Part shown: positions 58,001 to 64,000 of the stretch, piece by piece
How the letters are laid out: the number at the start of each line of letters is the position of its first letter
Position numbering within the stretch: position 1 is the first letter of the stretch
Source of the DNA: Candidatus Poriferisocius sp.
GTDB taxonomy: Bacteria; Actinomycetota; Acidimicrobiia; Acidimicrobiales; Bin134
Assembly: GCF_965204145.1 (NCBI RefSeq)
Contig: NZ_OZ241977.1
Span: 1,754,887-1,818,886 of the forward strand
Length of the DNA: 64,000 nt
Reading direction: 5' to 3'
Notes under the pieces: model-generated
What the model was told of the DNA's origin: nothing
What the model saw: only the letters and a program-made list of their open reading frames with translations
Database searches by the model: none
Program-made: the position numbers and the translations under genes

Positions 58001-60871
58001 GTCCTCGATCACCGGCGAGCCGACGTTCTGGCACGACAGCGGCGACGTCGCGCCGCCGGGGAGATGGCAGCCGAAAAACCCCGCGCCTAGATCGGCCACC
58101 ACGAGCTTCGCGGCCCAGATCGTCCCCTCGGGCAGCGGGATGGCGCGCACCGCATCAGACCAGCCGCCCGCGCCCTGCGTGTTCGCCGCCAGCACCCGCA
58201 CCTCGTACTGCGTCAAATTGGCGAGACCGGCGATCACCAGGGACAGCCCCGACCCCGCCGGGGCCACGCGCCCCGCCGACACCCACCCGTCAGCCGGGTC
58301 GCCGGTCGGGTTGTCCAGCCGGTCCGGCGCGGCGCGCTCCTTGTACGACACCTGATAGAAGACGATCGCCGAACCCCCAACATCGCCCGGCGCCCGCCAC
58401 GACGCCGTCAACTCCCCGTCCCCGGCCGCAACCGCCAAACCGGCCGGAACGCCCGGCGTCACCAAAGACTTCAGAATGCGCAGCTCCACCGACTGGCCCG
58501 ACGCCCACTCGCTCCACACCAAACCGCTCACCAGCCACTGCACATCGGTCGAATCCGCCAGGCCCTCGACGAACGAGAACTCAGCATCGCCCACCACCAG
58601 CGTGTAATCCGACCTGAGACGACTCTCGGAGATGTCGGTGAAGAACTCCAGGCGGAGGTGATTCGGGCAGGGCGACATGCTGTCGTCACCGCAATTGGAC
58701 TCGTACTCCAGCCTCAGACTCGTAATCGAAAAATCGTTCCCCCCGGTCTCGAAGGTGCTGTCGGTCAGCGCCGTGGAGCACGCCGACGCGCCCGAACCCC
58801 CACAGCCCCGCGTGCCGGTGCCTAGGATCACGGCTGAGACCGTCTTGGAAGTCAACGTCGCCGACCACACCTCCCGCTGACGCGCCGGCGCCCCAGACAC
58901 CACCGCGCTCCACGCGCCCGCGTCGATCGAGTTCACCGCCCGCACCCGCACGTCATAACCCCGGTAGTTCACCAGGCTCCCGCCCGAGGGCACCAGCTTC
59001 AAGCTGACCGCGCTGCCCGCGGTCAAGATCTCGTCTGCATGCGCCCACATGGCTATGGTGCCGCCGCCGCTGATCGTGGCGTCGGCCAGAGCGAACTCGT
59101 CGTCGCCCACATGCAGGACAGAGCCCTTGAGCGTGTCGCTGATGACGTTGTCGAAGGTGACCCACACATTCCTGGAGGAGCCGTACTGGGCGATGCGGGT
59201 GACCGAGAACGCCGTCCCGCCCAAGGTGAAGTCGTCGTCGGACAGCGTCGCCGCGGCAGTGCACTTGTTCGCCGCGGCCGACTCGGCGTTCTCACAGCCA
59301 ACGGCCGCGAGATTCCGGATGTTCTTGGGCGTCAGCGTCGCCTCCCACACCGGCTCCGGCTCGCCCAGCACAGCGGCGCGGATCCCCGTGCCCGAGTGCG
59401 GGACGGGCACCCAGCCGTCGCCGGGGCCTCTGCCGGCTGGGCTGCCGTCGCTGGTGACGAGCGACAGCCGGACCTGCTGGCCGTCGGTCCACGTCACGCC
59501 GGAGCTCGTCCAGCTGGTGGAGCTGAAGTCCCGGAAGGGCGACAGCGAGAAACGGGAGCCGCCGACGACCAGCGAATAGTCCGCGAGGTCACCGATATCG
59601 GTGCTGAAGCCCATCACCAACTCGCCGGTCGACGAACTGAGATCGAGCTCAATGACTGTGTACTCGACGCCGCCCAGGCTGAAGCCGGCATCGTCGAGGG
59701 CGACAGAACAGGCATCGAGGACGCTGAAGTCAGTGCAGCCAAAAAATTGCGCGCTGCGGTCCACGGTCAGCGTCGCTTCCCACAACACGTCAGACCCGCG
59801 GTCCGGCGCCGAGGACTCCTTGTACTGCACCTCATAACCGGTGACCTCCGAATCGCCCGGGTCGTCGGGCGGCTGCCAGTAGGCGTTCAGCCGCCGGTCG
59901 CCCGCCGCCGCGCCCACGCCCTTGGGCTTGTCGGGCGCCTGGGACGGCTCCAGGCGCATCTGCACCGCGGTGCCCGCGGTCCAACTCAAGCTGGAGCTCC
60001 ACTGGACGCTAGTGCCGGATTCGCCGGCCAGGGGGAACTTGTCGCCGCCCACGTGCAGCGTGTAGCCCGTGAGCGCGTCGGGGATACTGGCGCTGAACTC
60101 GACCTCCAGAAGCTTGGTGGAGTTCAGCACCCCGATGTAGGTGATCGACAGCGTCGTGCTGCCCAGCGTGAAGTTGTTGTCGTCGAGCGTCGCCGTGGTG
60201 CTGCACTTGTTGGCCGCAGTCGTATCGTCGGTGTCACAGCCCAACGCCAAGTTGTTCACGATGCTCTTGGGCGTCAGCGTGGCCTCCCACAGGATCGAGT
60301 CGTCCAGGATGAATAAATCCTGGCTCGACGCCGCGCTGTCCACGGTGTAGGGCTCGCCCGCGACCGCGGTCATCAGGAACCGGACGGTCTCGTTGCGGCC
60401 CTCGAAGCCGCCGTCGTCGTTGACGTAGTCCGCCACCGCGTGCACCGTGAAGGAGGCCTGGGCCGCTCCCGCCGGCAGCACCAGATGGCCGCTGGCGTCC
60501 AGCCCCGACACCGTGTAGTCCTCAGGAGAGGTGGCGTGGTCGCTGCTGTGGGTGATCAGCACACGGCTGTCAGAGGCCAGCGCCGGGCTGATATTGACTG
60601 TGAACGTTATGTCGGTGCCCTCAGAGGTGATGACGGTGGACTCGTGGAACCTCAGCGTCGAGGCCGACTGAGCCGCCGCCGGACGCTCAGCAGGCGCCAG
60701 CAGCCCCGCGAACACCCCCAGAACCATCAACAGCGCCGCCAGCGTCCGGGGTGCCCCCGCGAACCGCCTCACCCGCCGGACCACCATCACGCCCCGACGA
60801 CGCATATCGGGGGGGGGGGGGGTCACTGCAACAGAACCCGACACAGCACGCCGCAAACGAAGAAACGACAT
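54962..60871 (-). CDS. Large secreted/surface protein with Calx-beta-like, FN3, cadherin-like and six Cys-pair repeat domains
   Basis: Signal-like segment ending AAAQS; FN3 motifs (W..P..G.V.GY; Y.VRV.A.N..G.G.WS); ~1970 aa from ATG 60871 (start uncertain). Confidence 0.85.
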   Translation of the reverse strand: MSFLRLRRAVSGSVAVTPPPPDMRRRGVMVVRRVRRFAGAPRTLAALLMVLGVFAGLLAPAERPAAAQSASTLRFHESTVITSEGTDITFTVNISPALASDSRVLITHSSDHATSPEDYTVSGLDASGHLVLPAGAAQASFTVHAVADYVNDDGGFEGRNETVRFLMTAVAGEPYTVDSAASSQDLFILDDSILWEATLTPKSIVNNLALGCDTDDTTAANKCSTTATLDDNNFTLGSTTLSITYIGVLNSTKLLEVEFSASIPDALTGYTLHVGGDKFPLAGESGTSVQWSSSLSWTAGTAVQMRLEPSQAPDKPKGVGAAAGDRRLNAYWQPPDDPGDSEVTGYEVQYKESSAPDRGSDVLWEATLTVDRSAQFFGCTDFSVLDACSVALDDAGFSLGGVEYTVIELDLSSSTGELVMGFSTDIGDLADYSLVVGGSRFSLSPFRDFSSTSWTSSGVTWTDGQQVRLSLVTSDGSPAGRGPGDGWVPVPHSGTGIRAAVLGEPEPVWEATLTPKNIRNLAAVGCENAESAAANKCTAAATLSDDDFTLGGTAFSVTRIAQYGSSRNVWVTFDNVISDTLKGSVLHVGDDEFALADATISGGGTIAMWAHADEILTAGSAVSLKLVPSGGSLVNYRGYDVRVRAVNSIDAGAWSAVVSGAPARQREVWSATLTSKTVSAVILGTGTRGCGGSGASACSTALTDSTFETGGNDFSITSLRLEYESNCGDDSMSPCPNHLRLEFFTDISESRLRSDYTLVVGDAEFSFVEGLADSTDVQWLVSGLVWSEWASGQSVELRILKSLVTPGVPAGLAVAAGDGELTASWRAPGDVGGSAIVFYQVSYKERAAPDRLDNPTGDPADGWVSAGRVAPAGSGLSLVIAGLANLTQYEVRVLAANTQGAGGWSDAVRAIPLPEGTIWAAKLVVADLGAGFFGCHLPGGATSPLSCQNVGSPVIEDNDFVLDGATYGISSLSVNAGALSLVISDAGPVFPAGLRAYVLQVGDAQFPFANPDVTDADHSKQWSGGPAWAEGQVVQLQIKLGTVPTGLTLETSEGTIDVSWTAPSDPDFAVVGYDVEYRRQSAPDRAATTAGDPATGWVDTGHSGTGTTERIAGLDTYGRYVVRVRASDAEGPSFWSSPVAVRVLPANQRVVWESDLTVGEVSFGLGHGRSASAVGCGAPGDSRTGPVCSSAMSAGRVAFRGSPVGVAYVNLGSGHYVHLGSSTLAHQDSGAGTLSFALESVLGEWMFLSLVVDGEVFPLLTGESYNYEAVLGRAPMLFAWSGAGLGWSAGDTADLALVYTPLLWMESTTNRPDRLGAFPMHVRETPPAGSIVDVRGKDPDEPAGAFYSLPIWISEPAPPGGLRVELEVDPASTATAGVDYEWLNSYDPFVPPDRQAKVTTAPYVFFAEGETGYHRVFLRIVDDAHEDSGETIIVKPTAEGFEGRGMVITILNHDTGAPPGAAEARPTSLAAEKTAAEKRERDKPRKPIPGKSDNARLASLSLPDGWALSPAFDPDTADYTIHHTAQQAPYISVLAKIRTQHPEATFTAPGWNTGIGWWSLSTGYTFHEPVAFEVTVTAADAYTTTTYTLTTTTDPVPEPPAVTVTPLTLNTDENTTATYTAVLDARPAHDVTITPESSDPAAATVSPASATFTPADWDTPQTFTVTGVADPDTHDETATVTHQATSSDTRYDAIAVDSVSVAVADTTVEAPGAVTGLSLAARPRNVTVSWQPPAVGGAPDHYIAHIRCGRNGKHRTVDAPKTTTTFRNLKPGTTCNIWVRAQNETGKGPRTHNTTTLPQQPEDPQPEDPQPEDPQPEDPQPEDPQPEDPQPEDPQPEDPQPEDPQPEHPGDGRLEPFNVQAVPGDGTLTITWIVSPRAGEADDDIRHALRWSQVAGVWANPAGPRGHHNDGIVVEGGTAAYTITGLQNGVPTGVFVRSFTGPRTGEDSPHSSQWIRIKGPQTTPQAPTP
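55331..55474. repeat. 15-bp tandem repeat CTCGGGCTGCGGGTC x9.6 (encodes PEDPQ x9)
   Basis: Perfect head-to-tail units inside the large gene. Confidence 0.95.
60809..60822. repeat. G14 homopolymer (C14 on the coding strand)
   Basis: Counted directly; encodes TPPPP in the N-terminal leader. Confidence 0.9.
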
Positions 60872-61028
60872 CACTTCAAACTCCCGATCCGTTATCAAGG
60901 CCGCGAACGCAACCCCAAACTCCAACAGGCCCCAAAGCCCGCCCAACACCAATTCTATCCCACAAAACCCCAACACCACGCCAACCGACGGACACGCACG
61001 CCACTGCCCTCAGACGCGTTCGCGGGTG

Positions 61029-61451
61029 TCAGCCCAGGTCGAACAGCTCCAACCGATTTGTCCGACTCGCCCACGCCGATATCTGGGTATCGGCTGTGGC
61101 AAGGCGGAGGCCGCCATTGAGCGCGGTGGAGACGATCATCCGGTCCATTGGATCCTTGTGGAACCCGTCGTCTCCCAACTGAACCGCCTTGACCATGATG
61201 TCTCCGGTTGGGGCAATCTCCCGGAGGCCATCGGAGAGAAGCCGCAATCGCAGACTGGAAGTGGGTGGCATCTGGGACATGCCGTTCCTGGGCTTGCGCC
61301 GGATGTGCTCCAATTCCCAAAACGTGACGGAGGAAACCGCTGCTTCACCAACCAGCATCGCGGCATCGATCTCATCCATGCGATCGCCGCTCATTTTCCT
61401 TGTATCCCCAGTGGCACACCAAACGAGGACGTGCGTATCGAGCAGGATCAC
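61029..61451 (-). CDS. vapC: PIN-domain toxin (VapC)
   Basis: ILLDTHVLVW, S.V.FWE, HKDPMDRMIV.TA, TAD. Confidence 0.9.
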   Translation of the reverse strand: MILLDTHVLVWCATGDTRKMSGDRMDEIDAAMLVGEAAVSSVTFWELEHIRRKPRNGMSQMPPTSSLRLRLLSDGLREIAPTGDIMVKAVQLGDDGFHKDPMDRMIVSTALNGGLRLATADTQISAWASRTNRLELFDLG

Positions 61452-61762
61452 GAGCGGGGCTCATCGGCAGGTGCGGGATTCAACCACCACTGCTGGTTGC
61501 TATCCCACTCGCCCATGATCTCATCCCATTCCTCTTCGGTGAACGCTCCTTCGGAGGGGTCGTCAATCGCAGGCATCATCCCCTTGTACCGGCCGTGGAT
61601 TCCCCGAGGCTCGAACCCCGCTGGCACCAGACGAGACACTGGGCGGCCGTGCTTGGTGATGACGATCTGCTCACCAGTGTCATTCACCTCGTCCATGAGC
61701 TTTAGGCACTTCGCCTTGAACTCTCCAGCAGGGATGGTGCGATAGGGCGTCTCCGGCGACAT
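61448..61762 (-). CDS. Phd/YefM-family antitoxin
   Basis: AGEFKAKCLKLMDEV..TGE.IVITKHGRPV. Confidence 0.92.
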   Translation of the reverse strand: MSPETPYRTIPAGEFKAKCLKLMDEVNDTGEQIVITKHGRPVSRLVPAGFEPRGIHGRYKGMMPAIDDPSEGAFTEEEWDEIMGEWDSNQQWWLNPAPADEPRS

Positions 61763-61790
61763 GGCTCAAGGATAACAGCCTTTGGAAATG

Positions 61791-61810
61791 ATGACCATTT
61801 AATAGGTCAT
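61791..61810. promoter_or_regulatory. Inverted repeat, putative Phd operator
   Basis: ATGACC-N8-GGTCAT upstream of the TATCCT -10-like box of the antitoxin gene. Confidence 0.55.
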
Positions 61811-62691
61811 GCCTTTGGCGTTGTTTTGGGGCGGGTGGTGGCGATGGTGCCGTAGAAGACGCCGATGAGCACGATGACGGCGCCGACGGCGGCGACCGGA
61901 CGGGGGAATTCACTGAAGAATGCGGCGGCCCATATCGTGCCGGCCACGGTCTCGATGGGGGCGAACAGGGCCACGTCGGCCACTGGGGCGAAGCGGGGGG
62001 CGTTGGACAGGGCCAGGCGGCCGAAGGGGTTGAACGCCAGGCCCATGGCGGCGATCGACAGGTACGCCCGCAAGTCGAGTGACAGTGGCGATGCCCAGTA
62101 GATCAGGGCCACCACGGTCATCACCCCGCCGATGGACAGTCCCACCAGGCGGCTCATGTCGGGATACCGGCGCCACATGGTCAGGCTCACCGCGAAGCCC
62201 ACGATGGCCACCACGCCCAAGAGATCGCCGGTGAGGGTGGGCTCCCCCACCGAGCTGGACACAATCGCCCCGATGCCCGCCATCGTGATGGCGATGGCGA
62301 TAGCCGTTGTTCGGTTGATGCGCTCCCTCAGCCATATCCAGGCGCACACCGCGGCCATCAGCGGCACCGCGGCCACGATGGCCACCACGTTGGCCACTCG
62401 GGTCTGGGTGACGGCGATGACGAAGCTGAGCTGGCTACCCCCGGTGAGCGCCCCGATGACCAGCTGCTGCCAGGGGTGGCGGCGGAACGCCTCCAGCGGC
62501 CAGCAGCCGTCCACCCGATGGCTCAGCGCGGTGTAGAGGGGAACCGAGCAGCACGCCACCCAGAAGGAGACATCCACGGCGTCGGCCTCCGAGAGCCGGA
62601 TCCACAGGGAGTCGGTGGAAACCGACAGCATCCCCACCCCGGCGAGCAGCCAGCCCAGCCGCCGCCGATCACTGGACTGGGCGACATCCAT
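61807..62691 (-). CDS. EamA/DMT family transporter
   Basis: About ten TM helices; WLRER and FFSE.P repeat ends. Confidence 0.85.
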   Translation of the reverse strand: MDVAQSSDRRRLGWLLAGVGMLSVSTDSLWIRLSEADAVDVSFWVACCSVPLYTALSHRVDGCWPLEAFRRHPWQQLVIGALTGGSQLSFVIAVTQTRVANVVAIVAAVPLMAAVCAWIWLRERINRTTAIAIAITMAGIGAIVSSSVGEPTLTGDLLGVVAIVGFAVSLTMWRRYPDMSRLVGLSIGGVMTVVALIYWASPLSLDLRAYLSIAAMGLAFNPFGRLALSNAPRFAPVADVALFAPIETVAGTIWAAAFFSEFPRPVAAVGAVIVLIGVFYGTIATTRPKTTPKA

Positions 62692-62695
62692 TCGG

Positions 62696-62769
62696 TGGGC
62701 CGTAAGGGACTCGAACCCCTGACCCCCTGCGCGTCATGCAGGTGCTCTAGCCAACTGAGCTAACGGCCC
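62696..62769 (-). tRNA. tRNA-Val(GAC)
   Basis: GGGCCGT acceptor stem, TAGCTCAGTTGG D-arm, CCTGC-ATGACGC-GCAGG anticodon arm, GTTCGAGT T-loop; CCA not encoded. Confidence 0.93.
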
Positions 62770-62947
62770 GGAATGCGCCAGGCTAGCAGGATCAGGGGCA
62801 ATCCCCAGACTCAGTTCCGCGACTGGGAGGTGTCCCACGGGGCTGGAAACACATATGTGTCACCGGAATCGTCGCAGGGTCTAAGGTTGTCGAGGGCCAA
62901 TCGCCCGCTTCGGTTGCTTTCTTGAGCCTCGGGATAGGAGCAGATTC

Positions 62948-64000
62948 ATGCAAAAGACCATCCGCCACTTCTTGCCCGTGCTCGGGTTGGTGCTGGCCTT
63001 CTCGCTGGTCGCCGCCTCGTGCGGCAACGACGATGACGACGGCGCCGCCCCAGCGGCCCCCGAAGCCACTGCGGCCAGCACCGAGGCCCCAGAGGTCACT
63101 GAACCAGAAGAGACCGTCACCGTCGTTCCTCAACAAGCCGGCGGAACCTTGCAGGCGGTGCTGGACCGCGGCCATGTGCTGTGCGGCTCCAGGGATGATC
63201 TTCCCGGATTCGCGCTGTTGAACGAAGAAGGCGAATATGTGGGCTTCGACATCGACATGTGCCGGGTGCTGGCTGCTGCCATATTCGGGGACTCCGACGC
63301 CATGGAGATCGTGCCGGTCACCAGTGCCGAGCGCTTCACCGCCCTTGCATCAGGGCAATTCGACGTGATGAACCGCAATACCACTTGGACGGCCACCCGC
63401 GACGGGTCCGAAGGCGCCAACTTCAACTTCATCTACTACTACGACGGCCAAGGCCTCATGGTGCCAGCCTCCACTGGCTTCACCACGCTGGAAGACCTCG
63501 CCGACGCCAACATCTGCGTGAGCACCGGCACGACCACCGAGCTGAACCTCACCGCGGTGTTCGCCGCCCGGGGCATCCCGTTCAACCCGGTCACGTTCGA
63601 GGGCTTCGACACCCTGGTGCCGGCCTACCAGGAGGGTCAGTGCGAGGCGATGACCTCCGACACCAGCGTGCTCGGCGTGTTCAAGTTCGAGATCGAGGGG
63701 GATGACGGTCCCGCCCAGCACATCATGACCGAGATCATCTCCAAGGAGCCCCTCGGCCCGGTGGTGCGCGACGGCGACACCGAATGGGCGCAGGTTGTGA
63801 ATTGGGCCATCATGGCCACCGTCCAGGCCTGGGAGTTCGGACTCGACTCCGCCAACATCGCCGGCTACGACGGCACCGACCCCAACATCTTGAACTTCCT
63901 GGGCCGCGACGGCTTCGACCCCGGCTTGGGCCTGCCCCCCGACTTCGCGGTGCAAGTGGTCTCACAAGTGGGCAACTACGAGGAGATCTACAACCGCCAC
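62948..64000 (+). CDS. Amino-acid ABC transporter substrate-binding lipoprotein (AapJ/BztA-like), 3' truncated by window
   Basis: RBS AGGAG; lipobox AASC; GFDIDMCR..AAAIFGD, RNTTWT..RD, ISKEPLGP. Confidence 0.88.
   Translation, partial: MQKTIRHFLPVLGLVLAFSLVAASCGNDDDDGAAPAAPEATAASTEAPEVTEPEETVTVVPQQAGGTLQAVLDRGHVLCGSRDDLPGFALLNEEGEYVGFDIDMCRVLAAAIFGDSDAMEIVPVTSAERFTALASGQFDVMNRNTTWTATRDGSEGANFNFIYYYDGQGLMVPASTGFTTLEDLADANICVSTGTTTELNLTAVFAARGIPFNPVTFEGFDTLVPAYQEGQCEAMTSDTSVLGVFKFEIEGDDGPAQHIMTEIISKEPLGPVVRDGDTEWAQVVNWAIMATVQAWEFGLDSANIAGYDGTDPNILNFLGRDGFDPGLGLPPDFAVQVVSQVGNYEEIYNRH

Noticed and set aside
55091-58090. 999-aa plus-strand ORF
   Set aside because: Antisense shadow of the large surface-protein gene; no recognisable motifs; typical high-GC artefact
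41471-62769. tRNA-Val-anchored genomic island
   Set aside because: No integrase and no duplicate of the tRNA 3' end noticed; core-like genes are interleaved with the accessory ones

Overview
High-GC actinobacterial chromosomal segment. An Acidimicrobiia-like origin is inferred from the DUF58/transglutaminase-DUF3040-dinB synteny, F420-type enzymes and many apparently leaderless genes; the FN3 adhesin, TA and RM load would fit a host-associated, e.g. sponge-type, lifestyle, but that is also inference. Bases 1-41 kb are mostly housekeeping and metabolic genes: dinB, threonine aldolase, inositol monophosphatase, a two-component system plus GerMN lipoprotein, pfkA, queG, trpD, a glycerol-kinase-like enzyme, rnpB, a class A PBP, acetoacetyl-CoA ligase and an oxidoreductase/P450 cluster. 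One small insertion at 5.7-7.7 kb carries a DUF222-HNH gene and an hsdR remnant. Bases 41.5-62 kb are accessory-rich: a frameshifted Mrr, a Fic protein, a divergent DNA methyltransferase / nuclease-HEAT pair, an AhpD/CMD gene with an in-frame UGA in a CxxU motif followed by a SECIS-like hairpin, two PIN toxin-antitoxin pairs, a truncated hipA, and a ~2000-aa surface protein with a C14 tract, a 15-bp tandem repeat and repeat domains nested inside an FN3 domain. The window ends with tRNA-Val(GAC) and a partial amino-acid ABC binding protein. All calls come from reading the sequence; no database searches were run.
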